A DNA stretch of 61,369 nucleotides, taken from an uncultured virus (IMG/VR IMGVR_UViG_3300008339_009519) (lineage: Duplodnaviria > Heunggongvirae > Uroviricota > Caudoviricetes). Under the pieces are notes generated by a model. It ran no database searches. It worked only from the letters and a program-made list of their open reading frames with translations, and had not been told where the DNA came from. The translations under genes were made by a program, and so were the position numbers. The stretch spans positions 62,001-123,369 of IMG/VR virus record IMGVR_UViG_3300008339_009519; one strand, written 5' to 3'. Shown one piece after another: positions 26,901 to 35,399 of the stretch (position 1 is its first letter; each line of letters begins with the position of its first letter).

Positions 26901-27519
26901 ATAATGGATCTGTTAAACCTCTTTGTACAATGTATGTTGCTGGTAAAGTAAGCGGTAGATTTCTTGCACCTCTTGCAAGGTTGCTCTGCAATTGATCTCT
27001 AAAAGCCCATTCAGCTACCGGTTGACGACCTGCTCGTGAGGCTTGAAACTCTCTTCTTGTCATCCACATTGTTCCATCGGAAACAAATTCTGGACCAGTC
27101 AATCTTGTCAGCTGTGGCCTTATTGTTTTTCCATCTGCTGCTTGATATATTAATCTGCTATAAGGATCCTCAAAACCTTCAACATATCTATTTACACCCT
27201 CAAGTTCATCTAAGGTTTTTCTTATTTGTGCTGCATTTTGGACAAAAGTCCTACCTAGATGAGACCCACTATCTGCAGACCTCTGTATTGTTTTCGCAAG
27301 TTTAATGCCACCCTTACTTAAAAGCTTTGACGCGGCATAAGTTCCAGCTAATGTTGCAGCTGTAGTTGTTATGTATTTAAGAATCGGCTTATCATTTAAC
27401 GCACGAGATATGTATCCGCTGTTTGGGTTAGGGTTTTTTTCTTCATTAGAACTTGCTGGTACGTCACGGGACGTGAGACCATAGCCTAAGTTGACTAACG
27501 GTGTTTTGTCTCTAAACAA
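20905..27519 (-). CDS. Giant tail protein (2204 aa), tape-measure/ejection-protein-like
   Basis: Lies directly after two tail-chaperone-like genes; Ala/Gly/Arg-rich with hydrophobic helices near the C-terminus; TTG start. Confidence 0.55.
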   Translation of the reverse strand: MFRDKTPLVNLGYGLTSRDVPASSNEEKNPNPNSGYISRALNDKPILKYITTTAATLAGTYAASKLLSKGGIKLAKTIQRSADSGSHLGRTFVQNAAQIRKTLDELEGVNRYVEGFEDPYSRLIYQAADGKTIRPQLTRLTGPEFVSDGTMWMTRREFQASRAGRQPVAEWAFRDQLQSNLARGARNLPLTLPATYIVQRGLTDPLFGNSEDRPRTKWYNPVDVVTDFVKQSTLNITSILLPESVAGAGIKRIKQLSDAPYQDFPLPLSRNQLKTANKVADLKTILMSFGQDSEKIIQQATRISSSASYAFNASFQEAQRREGGVVFALHQARRGAAAARAASELSGEGKLARATKTARGYLFGYANNSDTSLDIPLYGEFKAGEKTLGFIDTIPTLRGLTTGSRTYRQQYKTAKNAYDVISGALSYDEALRRSTGDTTTAADILTKTIQNIKKQHTSRFSNLVYSSLNAKSMVDGDSDLTKAGQFTREFENEAYARSIQESLVRRGINDEAALDFVGQMKIRRLLTPFDRNRSISERITFGIKKINVGTDDAFFAAINERAKKDLGKKAENFTAEILKSSFREADSAFTTQSYRALLRERAELAYKDIEKNIIIQHANAISRPQKALYEDFTGAITPQKMSFLSRKAAQKLGIQLVNSDGSYTSDNFIAAQLAKRGINADDASQLKGFLIDNKLMTPASSVGGFNIFGLREISIDKAFDKGIFEAFDDKSRAEARRVFGQVAMQDPVSRTIGYSALTGVYENAAGRIVDTTRMRSGFMSFMDTLTEGYGIPVVKFNPLQLLGFGGPKGVSRDTEIQFLRGTARQDFIADSVDRPEVYAWVNQRSGLFGNVGKLFGITATEGGASIDEAAGLYKRFSSTETDLYSRAARLASGREQERSSVIAGEPVGRLERIRSLFDVDEEQPSSLFRKLGRFARRKSDIQNPVVFGKLLSEGTISVGRGKTLTLNAVDDTVNIINEAGEVVFNADEVSGAFEAFRQQTSRRGTPLRILDAYQESLNLRRLSIRGEEVGLASITDEDLPEAVKSLESIYETVSSSIKARGGNPIGLTRAMNFVSNMAEEAESLSSDIIKHRSPTISTRQDYLRNAINKVLIEISAYEDYSADPGAIASKLEEVLLRLRRTGQISPEQLSEARAAALENVFDLVSYQNYSPKLQFGLNQQKALNSIINKRNESEAFAKALSGLTKPFTSQTIANVGAGGTGRFTSLIRPFFKRNFGVAPYELADTAVNPLGNAGVTFVPTFSTLLDRAAEGQTSFTRVLGNVVGATSYSSPGTFSAASIPAIHLSDRINRYFGTLGLSVDADKYRSPLSFFAGGIVGKRVAPLYIGGALALGADRTIGGLTQERDARGERVYSPFFLGKAARGAVELQSIASGITPGGMGYEEKKEQLLEGEVPVRQGRYWPLGTTPFAGGKVQYYRPSYYRRMQSGSTYTSDAFGSPIERLAYGYDFSPLRPFDPYRFERKQYFDRPYPVTGEYFTGPFGPLTPALNMTFGRLLKPQVQMHQQEVSQALSQYVPAGYGGAYDPSGLLSSGRVAPTYGGGIFSSGGDQSEQFRSSSSVTGLQIGSYNNSVASSYAPLNTARNISFNTIATANQGYTQAAQYGPPPVPGYIPPAIAPAGAPISVSSPAFQKTELGYRMQEMAGIYGFGFSSLRETFGFGSGDLQPNVSVLQSASKAYGSTRSFWDLNLGGLGDVPAAESSLELSEIARRFVPKERTDITYLNPIRNTMGMKYPFLPGSDYFINFKTGDPFTKVQEGELRLPGVAYERLNPLRRDYSSPVTQLDILADVAPYSRQYRSLDRTLNMGNLQPSERVEVQRIRAQVEQTTKRNEFSPYKYKHATAEELGISNAAKMIGQMGEYFAHRDTFINTKFFPNRTAQEDWERRNVYGNSFPEWSSPIESFIKPIYYKSTQRNPLTAGLITAGIGALFGRGPKERAFGAIFGLSTGMAFSAYGNAKEAFTGERFIPKERKKQMALEEYTDILSYVKNKSLATQASQAGDMASANQFNQAAKRTMYGADLYGSSVDTLSLAIPKRKREHFREMINAPVQEREQILSTAPRLERRIYQAAWGMPVEEKPDLTEFFSRHELPDLSWEGWHPNTNMDHIKIKMGQSLGINMSQMGYYPQQIREANLTNPSYPAFSATENQAAVAAKLRMLMSRNGINGSVMPVQNNSGQSSINISAGIL

Positions 27520-27536
27520 AACAATCTACCCTTCTA

Positions 27537-28163
27537 TTATCTAATTCCCCAAAGTTTTTGAGCAATTGGATCTTCATACTTTGCTTCGCCTTCTTTTTTA
27601 GACTTATTGTATCTTTCAGCTTTATCCTTAAACTTTTCTTCTTCTTCTTGAGGATCAATAAGTTGCAATATTACATTTGTTGGCGCAATACCTAAAATGT
27701 TTTGTTTTATTTCTATAATTTTTTCTGATAGTGCTACTTTTTCTGCTAACTTAGTATAAGTTAAATTATCTAAGTCCTCAGGAGAATATGTAGTTATAGT
27801 ACTCAGAACAAAGGCTTTCATTAAATTTCTAACTTCTGCAGCCTGAGCCCTTTTATCATCTAATGTTCTTTTAGCCTTAGCGGGGGAGGCAAAACCAGAC
27901 TCTTGAAGAATTTCTTCCGCCAAAGAAGCAACTAAGCCAGCTGGATAATGATCCAGAACGATATCTTCTGGATATAATACAGCTGACTTAATTATTAAAT
28001 CTTCTATTTCCGCTGAACTTTCACCAAGTGATTCATGTTCAGCTATTTTATCGAATTCAGCAAAGGTTAATTCACGAAATATTACAAGATCTTTTTTCAG
28101 ATAAGTCTGAAAAATAGATCCATATTTTAATTTTAGTTCATATAATATTTCTGCATTGACCAT
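27537..28163 (-). CDS. Tail assembly chaperone-like protein
   Basis: LKLKYGSIF..IFRELTFAEF..AVLYPE..AGLVASLAEEILQESGF; paralogous to the upstream gene; located between tube genes and the giant tail protein. Confidence 0.6.
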   Translation of the reverse strand: MVNAEILYELKLKYGSIFQTYLKKDLVIFRELTFAEFDKIAEHESLGESSAEIEDLIIKSAVLYPEDIVLDHYPAGLVASLAEEILQESGFASPAKAKRTLDDKRAQAAEVRNLMKAFVLSTITTYSPEDLDNLTYTKLAEKVALSEKIIEIKQNILGIAPTNVILQLIDPQEEEEKFKDKAERYNKSKKEGEAKYEDPIAQKLWGIR

Positions 28164-28167
28164 GTCA

Positions 28168-28668
28168 TTAGAGCTGTCTTACTTCTAATGCTAAGAACCC
28201 AGAAGCTTCTAACACTTCTTGAGAAATTAGCGACGGCAGACCAGCCATCTCAGTAATTAGCGATTGCTTATCATACTGAGGAAATAGAATGCATGTTTCT
28301 GCAATTGCTTCTTCGTTCCAAAGATTTGCTTCTGACTGGCTAAGTTGACCAGCCTGAACAAGTTGTTCCATCTTCTTGAAGAGATTCTTATATTCAAGAC
28401 GATTCAATGTTCTCCAGGCAATATGCTTATCATAGCTAATTGATGTGACATACACGTCACCAAATTCTTTTTTCCAAGCTTTAATTTGGCCTGCTGTTGG
28501 ACCGTTTGGCCAAATGTGCTCATCATCTGGCAACTCTTCTACACCGACGCTCTCTTCAACAGGTGCTTGCATTTCGTCTTCTGCAATCGTAACATACGCT
28601 TCTTGAGCTCCCATTTCTTCGGCCAGTTCTGGAGCGTCTTTAACTACAACTTTTCTCACTTCACTCAT
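28168..28668 (-). CDS. Tail assembly chaperone-like protein
   Basis: IKAWKKEFGDVY..WRTLNRLEYK..CILFP..AGLPSLISQEVLEASGF; position in the tail module. Confidence 0.65.
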   Translation of the reverse strand: MSEVRKVVVKDAPELAEEMGAQEAYVTIAEDEMQAPVEESVGVEELPDDEHIWPNGPTAGQIKAWKKEFGDVYVTSISYDKHIAWRTLNRLEYKNLFKKMEQLVQAGQLSQSEANLWNEEAIAETCILFPQYDKQSLITEMAGLPSLISQEVLEASGFLALEVRQL

Positions 28669-28702
28669 GATTTCTCCTGATTAAGTATTTTCTATTTAAA
28701 TA

Positions 28703-28711
28703 AGTATACCA
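28703..28711 (-). promoter_or_regulatory. Extended -10 promoter-like element TGGTATACT
   Basis: TGn-TATACT in the AT-rich intergenic gap upstream of 28668. Confidence 0.4.
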
Positions 28712-28720
28712 CAATTATTA

Positions 28721-29770
28721 TTATTCTTCGTACAATCTTGCTCTATCCTTTAGCGATAGGAGCTCTTCTTCAGTTGGAGGAGGTTGTACGATTGTGGAAT
28801 TTGTTGATCTTGTCTGTTGCTCTTCATTTATAGTTATTTGACCATTTGGAGGATCTTTTCTGACCCCTTCAGAGATATACATATCTCTAGCTATAAATTG
28901 ATAAGCTTCCACCAAAGGATTTCCACCTGGATTATAATTTGTAGACATAGTTGTTAAATGAATGCTTTGTAAAATAATATCCATTTCTCTAATATTTGTT
29001 TGACTTAGTCTGTCATTATAATCTAGTGACATCAGTCTATCAAGCATATCGTATGACTGATCGCCACCTGTCCCCTTATTTCTAACCAGGGTTGTTAAAG
29101 AACCTTCTTGGGATCCATATTTTATTACAAAGTTAAATGGAGGGTGAGCACTAAATATGTTTCTGTCGTTTGAAGAATTTCTTTGATCGGATGACAGTCT
29201 ATCAAGCTGGCTTGCCCCCCAATATTTTTGTATATTTTTATCGTCTTCTTGACTTTCTTTGTCACCTCTTAAATAAGATTGAATTTGAGATTTTGGAGAA
29301 TCTGTATAAAAAGAAGCTCTAACATCTGCAGCTTTTGAAAGCAAGTCTCTCATTCTTCCAGGATATCTACTATGTACTACGAATTCACCAGTGACTATTC
29401 TTGTGCCAGTCATCATAACATCATAGTTATATGACCAAAAACCATACAATGGAGTTTTTTGTTGGACTATATTAAATGCAAAACTTGCTATATCTAATTC
29501 ATCACCGGCGTCAAATAAACCATCTATATAAATTTTTACATCTTCACCAGTAAAAAAGTAATCGTAATAATTATTAAACTTTGCTGTATCATCTACTTTT
29601 CCAGCCCACTGTAAATCAATATCTGGGTTTAGTGGATCAAAGGAATCTGGCATTATTAATGAGTAGGCATCACCTTCTTTTGCAAATTTAAATTCTGGTG
29701 GTAAATAAGAGCTAAACGGCCTAAAAGGTTTTCCGTAAAGTCTTCCATTTTGGTCTGCTGCACCTGCCAT
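28721..29770 (-). CDS. Tail tube paralogue (tube initiator/baseplate-tube type)
   Basis: FTGEDV..QQKTPLYGFWSY..GTRIVTGEF..HPPFNFVI..EAYQFIARD; similar to the adjacent tube genes. Confidence 0.6.
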   Translation of the reverse strand: MAGAADQNGRLYGKPFRPFSSYLPPEFKFAKEGDAYSLIMPDSFDPLNPDIDLQWAGKVDDTAKFNNYYDYFFTGEDVKIYIDGLFDAGDELDIASFAFNIVQQKTPLYGFWSYNYDVMMTGTRIVTGEFVVHSRYPGRMRDLLSKAADVRASFYTDSPKSQIQSYLRGDKESQEDDKNIQKYWGASQLDRLSSDQRNSSNDRNIFSAHPPFNFVIKYGSQEGSLTTLVRNKGTGGDQSYDMLDRLMSLDYNDRLSQTNIREMDIILQSIHLTTMSTNYNPGGNPLVEAYQFIARDMYISEGVRKDPPNGQITINEEQQTRSTNSTIVQPPPTEEELLSLKDRARLYEE

Positions 29771-29774
29771 GCGT

Positions 29775-30515
29775 TTAAGGCTTTCTTACTCTGTCTATAA
29801 ATCTAGTATATTCTAACATTTTTTCTTCACCGTAAAAGTTATTTTGTCTGTCTTTGTAGACAGCGCTTTCTTCTGCACCGAGAAGCATCGGGTCATAGTC
29901 CATGGAAATCATTGGTTGAATTCCTCTAGCCATAAAAGTATATGTTTGTTCAGTGATAAGGTCGTCCACAGACATTGTTTGACCTTCATCCACTATTGTA
30001 ACACCATATATTTTCATTTTTGAACCCAAACCATATTCATTAAAAAATGTTAAAACAATGTCAAATGGTGGTAACATGTCAGCTAAGGGAGCAAAAAACA
30101 AACCAGTTTCTGACATTATATTTCTATATTCTTTTATTCTATAAAAAGCGTACTCATTAAATACGGTAAATATAAGTGAACCAGCTATTGTTCTTCCACC
30201 CTTAACAAAGCCTCTTGGGTTAACGTGACCCACTGTTCTTACGGGAGAATTTTCTCTATGAATAGAATAAGATATTGTTTGTACTTCAGCTAGTTCAAGT
30301 ACATCCATTGATTGGATTGTGCCATTTAATCTATCTATTACTGGTATAACCATCGTTGCAGAAATATCAGTTCCTGCAAAAGACATGTTTGAAAATGGAT
30401 CTGGTAAACCCTTTTCTGCCCTTACTTTACTAATTGCTTCCTGATCATATAGATTTGCTCTTCTATGATATGGTCCAAAATCATACTTGATTGGTTTAGG
30501 GTCTATTCTATTCAT
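29775..30515 (-). CDS. Tail tube paralogue
   Basis: SFAGTDI..SYSIHRENSPVRTVG..GGRTIAGSLIFTVF..ADMLPPFDI..DEGQTMSVDDLITEQTYTFMAR; clearly paralogous to 30605..31303. Confidence 0.7.
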   Translation of the reverse strand: MNRIDPKPIKYDFGPYHRRANLYDQEAISKVRAEKGLPDPFSNMSFAGTDISATMVIPVIDRLNGTIQSMDVLELAEVQTISYSIHRENSPVRTVGHVNPRGFVKGGRTIAGSLIFTVFNEYAFYRIKEYRNIMSETGLFFAPLADMLPPFDIVLTFFNEYGLGSKMKIYGVTIVDEGQTMSVDDLITEQTYTFMARGIQPMISMDYDPMLLGAEESAVYKDRQNNFYGEEKMLEYTRFIDRVRKP

Positions 30516-30530
30516 TTTATCCTATCTTTG

Positions 30531-30577
30531 CTAAAAAATAGATATGGAGGACCAGAGTTTCCCCCGTCCTCCATATC
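30531..30577 (-). terminator. Intrinsic terminator after the major tail tube gene
   Basis: Perfect 12-bp inverted repeat gatatggaggac (30541-30552) / gtcctccatatc (30566-30577), followed on the minus strand by TATTTTTT. Confidence 0.75.
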
Positions 30578-30604
30578 AACTTACTTTTAGCAGGTTTAAT
30601 TAAA

Positions 30605-31303
30605 TTATGGTCTAATTATCTTAGGATTGAGACCGGCTTCAGAAACTGTATCTTTGTTGATCATGTCTCTGAGGTCACCTGTATTAAACTTGCCATTGGC
30701 GAGTTGGTCTGTTGTAATTCTGTACATTGGACCAATTTCTCTTGCAACATAGGTCATGGTTTCTTCAATGACGATGTCGTCCATTGATGCTCCAGAACCC
30801 TCGTTAAGAAGCTCTACGCCATAGATTGAACGTACAGCACCTTGACCGTATTCATTGGCAAAAGTTATGGTAATGTCAAACGGAGGAATTTGGTCTGCGT
30901 AGAATGGTACTTGTGATACTACGTCAGAATCTTGTGTTGAGAACTCTGCAATACCACGCTTGTGTCCTACGTCTCCAGGAAGAGTATTATGTCTTCTTGT
31001 GTAAAACAATTGTGCGTTATCCTTCTGGTGGTTTGCATCAAGCATTTGGTAAAGTGCTGGGCGATCAAATACTGTAAAGATCAATGAACCAGCGATACCA
31101 CGCTTTCCTCTTGAGAAAGATCTTGGGTTTGGTGAACCCATTGTGTAGATTGGTGCTTTTTCTCTTGTTACTGAAAAAGTAATTCCTGAAAGTGCACCGA
31201 TTTCAACGCCACCAAATGTGGCAACAATGTCAGCTCCTGAGAATGTGGTGTAAGTATTAAGATACTTATTAACCGCACTGTCGTAATAGTCTGAACCAGC
31301 CAT
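30605..31303 (-). CDS. Major tail tube protein
   Basis: Directly downstream of the sheath gene, GGAGG RBS, followed by a terminator; TFSGADI..SVTREKAPIYTMG..RGIAGSLIFTVF..ADQIPPFDI. Confidence 0.75.
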   Translation of the reverse strand: MAGSDYYDSAVNKYLNTYTTFSGADIVATFGGVEIGALSGITFSVTREKAPIYTMGSPNPRSFSRGKRGIAGSLIFTVFDRPALYQMLDANHQKDNAQLFYTRRHNTLPGDVGHKRGIAEFSTQDSDVVSQVPFYADQIPPFDITITFANEYGQGAVRSIYGVELLNEGSGASMDDIVIEETMTYVAREIGPMYRITTDQLANGKFNTGDLRDMINKDTVSEAGLNPKIIRP

Positions 31304-31344
31304 ATTATACCCTCCTAATTCGGTATATCAGATATATGTTTTAT

Positions 31345-32601
31345 TTATATTGTTACTGCGACTTGAACTTCAATGTTCTTGAGTTCAAATGCTGGTGTGA
31401 GCACGAGATCAACAAACGCCTTATTTTCTGCTGGCCAGTAACTAACTGTGAAGTCACTGTCAAGCAAGGCACCGACTTGTTGCATGCCACGTAGTGCAGA
31501 AGTTATGGCTGTTTCCATTGAATTACGTGTTTGTAATGTGGATGCCTCGCCAACAAACTTCGTGCAAACTTGTCTAACAAGAAGAGCTGCTTCTGTAACA
31601 ATTCTCATTGTAGAAATTCTTGTGTAGTCTGATGTAGCTGCTGCCATTGTAAGACCTTCAACAAAGACTGGAATCTTATTGAAGTTCAAGGCAATAAAGT
31701 TAACACCAAGATTGGAAAGCGCTAACTGCTGTGCTCTTGATGGGTTATATCTAATAGATGCTACGTTGTAAGCTGTCTTATTAACAGGTGAAGTAAATGA
31801 TGACATTCTGCTGATCGCTGCGGCGAATGTTGTTGCACCATTTGAGTAACCCCAGTCTGCATTGTAATTTACAGGCTTGAGCTCTGATGCAATAACAACA
31901 ACGTGTCTACCAATTTCTTCCATTGTTGAAGAATCTCTGCTAATTAAGTTAGCAGGACCAGATCCTGAGTTATAGAGATGTGAGGAAACTTGTGCTGGAG
32001 TCATGAACTCAGATGTTCCTACGTATGGCTTAATTCCCATTACTGCGAAGCATGCGTGTGAATTTTCTGAAATGTCCTTAACCTTATCAGCTACTTTTGC
32101 TGCCCAACTAGCTGAACCAGTTCCGTTATTTGCGTAAAAGCCATACTCTTCATCGTCAGCTGGTGTTGCAGGATTTTGCCATTCACTTGAATGTGTTCCA
32201 CGGCCCCAAGGAACTATAATGTCTGGCTGAGCTGATTCAGCTGCTTCAAACGCTGCATCAAAAACATTTCCACCACCTGCTGCTGCGTATGTTACGCTTG
32301 TAATCGCACCTGTTGTGTGATTAAATGATGAGTCTGCTGGAAGTGGAACAATGAAAATTCTTTCTGCTCCACCAGCAAGAAGTTCAAAATATCCTCTATG
32401 GATTTGTGAATCTTCTCCGAAAGCTTGAATTACATCTTGTTCGCTTGTAGCCTGAACTACGTCAAGATCTTGAACATTGCCAGTAGTGCTGGGTGTTCCT
32501 CTTTTTGCGATAAGAACTACTCTCGGGCCAACTGGAATATCTTGGCGAGAGATACTATAAAATCTATCTTTGATTACTGTTTTTACACCTGGTAGAGCCA
32601 T
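31345..32601 (-). CDS. Tail sheath protein
   Basis: N-terminal MALPGV; C-terminal YTRISTMRIV..FVGE..VDLVLTPAFELKNIEVQV sheath signature; GGAGG RBS. Confidence 0.85.
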   Translation of the reverse strand: MALPGVKTVIKDRFYSISRQDIPVGPRVVLIAKRGTPSTTGNVQDLDVVQATSEQDVIQAFGEDSQIHRGYFELLAGGAERIFIVPLPADSSFNHTTGAITSVTYAAAGGGNVFDAAFEAAESAQPDIIVPWGRGTHSSEWQNPATPADDEEYGFYANNGTGSASWAAKVADKVKDISENSHACFAVMGIKPYVGTSEFMTPAQVSSHLYNSGSGPANLISRDSSTMEEIGRHVVVIASELKPVNYNADWGYSNGATTFAAAISRMSSFTSPVNKTAYNVASIRYNPSRAQQLALSNLGVNFIALNFNKIPVFVEGLTMAAATSDYTRISTMRIVTEAALLVRQVCTKFVGEASTLQTRNSMETAITSALRGMQQVGALLDSDFTVSYWPAENKAFVDLVLTPAFELKNIEVQVAVTI

Positions 32602-32648
32602 TAGCTTTTAGACCTCCGCTTGCAGCATATGTATTTTTACTTCATCAA

Positions 32649-32657
32649 TATAGTAAT
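32649..32657 (-). promoter_or_regulatory. Putative late promoter motif ATTACTATA upstream of sheath
   Basis: The same 9-mer recurs upstream of several structural genes. Confidence 0.6.
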
Positions 32658-32688
32658 GGGCATTGTTTGAAAACAAACCACTAATAAT

Positions 32689-33429
32689 TTATGAATCTGG
32701 AGTAGCTGATTGATTTAAATCAATTATATTTAATTCAGTTCCTTCATATGTTGGTGTTGAGCCTTCATAGAATTGGTCCCAAATCTCTTTTTCCATAGCC
32801 ATATAACGTCTTACGTCTAACGCTATTTGCTCTATACGCCCAACCTCCATGCCAATAAGCTTTTCGGTTGTTAACATATAGGTTACGGTTCTTTTATTTA
32901 CATCTGTAGCGTCCCTATTTTCCTCAGAATCTGATAATCTTCTGGCATATACTAACTCTGATGCACCTAATCTTTTAAAAACTGGGGTATATTCCAACAT
33001 AAAATCTTCGAATATTTCAATAACCTTTTCTGCAACCTCTGGACCAGCATATCTATCTGAAGATCCTTTTAATTCACCTGAATTTGACTTTGTTATTACG
33101 GTAAAAGATATTATATTTTGAAATCTTTGACCAAAAATAGCTATATCTTTTGATGGTGATACTCTACTTCTGGGCTTTGGCTCTACGGAATGAGCCCTTC
33201 TTAACTCTAATCCATATGCTATAACAGGATATTCTGCATAGTCGCCATTTTGAATAGGTTTTATTTTAATATTTGGGTATGCGTTTTCCCAGAGGGCTTT
33301 TACGGCTGCTATAAATTCTATATATGTTAAATTCCCTTGTGCTTGCAGTGGAGGCAAACTGCCTGAAACTCTGTCAAATGAAAATTCATTGATATTAGCT
33401 GTTGGGAACATTGGGTAGTTCTGTGGCAT
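32689..33429 (-). CDS. Tail completion/terminator-like protein
   Basis: Position just upstream of the sheath gene; KPR..FGQRFQNIISF..FEDFMLEYTPVFKRLG. Confidence 0.5.
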   Translation of the reverse strand: MPQNYPMFPTANINEFSFDRVSGSLPPLQAQGNLTYIEFIAAVKALWENAYPNIKIKPIQNGDYAEYPVIAYGLELRRAHSVEPKPRSRVSPSKDIAIFGQRFQNIISFTVITKSNSGELKGSSDRYAGPEVAEKVIEIFEDFMLEYTPVFKRLGASELVYARRLSDSEENRDATDVNKRTVTYMLTTEKLIGMEVGRIEQIALDVRRYMAMEKEIWDQFYEGSTPTYEGTELNIIDLNQSATPDS

Positions 33430-35018
33430 TATGCGCCTCTTCCTGATGCTATGTTAAATGATAGTTCTCTTAAAGTTCTAGAAGAAACAAGTGTTATGTT
33501 AAAGTACATTTTTCCTTTTTCTTGCTTATCTGCATACGCGTCTAAACTATAGTTTCTAACTATATCATTAATTTTTAAGAAATTTAATAATGCTTCAACT
33601 TTGCTAGTAATTTTAGAGTATCCAAATTTACCTATTGCATTTTTGCTAATTGCTTGCACTTCAGATATCACCATTGCAGCTAAACGAACATTGGAAGAAT
33701 CTTTAAAGTTTTCGCTTATTGATTGCGTAAAGTCACCACTCAGATATACATCATATGGGCCAGCAAATCTTCTTGATCTACTTCCTCTTGTTATCGAATT
33801 AATTCCTTTGTCATTCAAAGATTTTACTTGTGCTGTAGTTAGTTCTGCCCCATAGCCAGAAAGAGCAGCAGGAATTCTTTGATTGCTTATTCCATAATTA
33901 ACTTGCATTGAAGACAATAAGCCAGCTGTTGCTGCAGCTAAAGATGAGCTATAACTTGTTTGCAGTTGTTTATGTGCAAAGATAGCTTCTCCATAAACAA
34001 GCACTAAGTGCTTACCTGTGTCTTTTGTTATAAAACCATTTCCATCAATCGTACTTTGAATGTCAAAATTTTTATTTATTAATTCTGTGACATCTTGAGA
34101 ATTAACACCCTGGTTCTTTGAACCTAATATGCCTATGGTTACTTCGCCAGTATTTTCTTGGATTTTATTACAGAAATTAGCTAACTGCTTTGCAAAATTT
34201 ACTGTTCCAGTGTTTATCATACTAGCTTCTAGTGGAACAACAAAATCTATAAAATCATATTGTTCAATTAGGTTATAGCAGATTGCGAGACTATTATAAT
34301 ATGTTTGGTAAAAAGTAAATGTATCATTAACACTGTCTTTAAATATTGGCGTATTTCTTTCAGCTACATTATCAACGTACTGATTCATGTAGCCTGCTGA
34401 CATTAAATATATATCTCTTGCACCACAACTATAGGCGTCAAACATTCCTCTTAGTAATGGAGAATTAATATCTGCTCTTAATAAATCTACGCCTTCTTTT
34501 ATAGAACTAATTTTTTGAATACCATATGGCTCTATTGCATCTGTATGTCCTATTAAAAGTACATTATTTGTATCAAACTGATCCATCAACTTATATTTAG
34601 AAGTTGAATTAATTGAAACAGATTTTCCAAACAAAGAGTAGTCTGAATCAGAGCTTTGCACTACGGCTTTTATGTGGATATTAATTTCCTTAATATCAAT
34701 TGCACCATTTAAAGTTGTATTTATTTCAATTGTATATTGTCCGTCAAATGCATTTGCAGGTATCTGCATTACAAGATTGTAATAACCTTCTGAGATTCTT
34801 TCTACCGAATCTGTTGCTGTAAATGACTGTGAATAGCCTGGGCTTGCTGCTGTAGCTAAATCTATATTATAAACATACGGCCCAATTATTACTGGCCCTA
34901 CTGAACTTAAACCTCTTTTTAAGAAAATTATAATATTAGATTCTGGATCTACATATTCATAGCCAGACTTATATATAAATGGTATTTCTACACTTTGTCC
35001 TGGTGTTACAACTAACAT
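33429..35018 (-). CDS. Second sheath-like protein with N-terminal Ig-like domain
   Basis: Resembles 31345..32601 (LLIG..SPLLRGMFDAYSCGARDIYL..GKHLVLV..SLAAATAG..LNDKGIN..SNVRLA..LRELSFNI); about 140 aa beta-rich N-terminal extension. Confidence 0.65.
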   Translation of the reverse strand: MLVVTPGQSVEIPFIYKSGYEYVDPESNIIIFLKRGLSSVGPVIIGPYVYNIDLATAASPGYSQSFTATDSVERISEGYYNLVMQIPANAFDGQYTIEINTTLNGAIDIKEINIHIKAVVQSSDSDYSLFGKSVSINSTSKYKLMDQFDTNNVLLIGHTDAIEPYGIQKISSIKEGVDLLRADINSPLLRGMFDAYSCGARDIYLMSAGYMNQYVDNVAERNTPIFKDSVNDTFTFYQTYYNSLAICYNLIEQYDFIDFVVPLEASMINTGTVNFAKQLANFCNKIQENTGEVTIGILGSKNQGVNSQDVTELINKNFDIQSTIDGNGFITKDTGKHLVLVYGEAIFAHKQLQTSYSSSLAAATAGLLSSMQVNYGISNQRIPAALSGYGAELTTAQVKSLNDKGINSITRGSRSRRFAGPYDVYLSGDFTQSISENFKDSSNVRLAAMVISEVQAISKNAIGKFGYSKITSKVEALLNFLKINDIVRNYSLDAYADKQEKGKMYFNITLVSSRTLRELSFNIASGRGA

Positions 35019-35399
35019 TTAACTTGCCGTTTCTTCTTTGCTTGCCCCACACATCCAATATTCAACTTTACCATATCTACCTCTTACTGGGTAGCATTCC
35101 TCTATTACATATAGAACATAGTCTTCAAGTAAAGAAAAAGAACCTTCATATATTCTATCCCCTGGTTTTGGGTTTATTTCTGATTCAAAATAATAAACTC
35201 TATTTGAATTTATGGTTAAGCCTTCAATTTCTTCCTGCTTTGTTGAAGCTAAATATCTTGAGGCTGCGTTAGTGTGTCTTGTGGTTACTCTTTCAAGTTT
35301 ATCGGAATAAAGGCCGTCATCAGATAATCTTCTTTGCAGGAGAATATCGTGACCCCATTCTCTTAGTATTTGTTTAAAAACTTTTTTTGCATTAATCAT
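35019..35399 (-). CDS. Head-tail joining/closure protein
   Basis: MINAKKVFKQILREWGHDILLQR..YYFESEINPKPGDRIYE..RGRYGKVEYW; start placed at MINAK, which overlaps the upstream stop. Confidence 0.55.
   Translation of the reverse strand: MINAKKVFKQILREWGHDILLQRRLSDDGLYSDKLERVTTRHTNAASRYLASTKQEEIEGLTINSNRVYYFESEINPKPGDRIYEGSFSLLEDYVLYVIEECYPVRGRYGKVEYWMCGASKEETAS

Noticed and set aside
28160..28200. Classical -1 tail-chaperone (G/GT) frameshift
   Set aside because: No X XXY YYZ slippery heptamer near the end of 28168..28668; the downstream paralogue has its own ATG.
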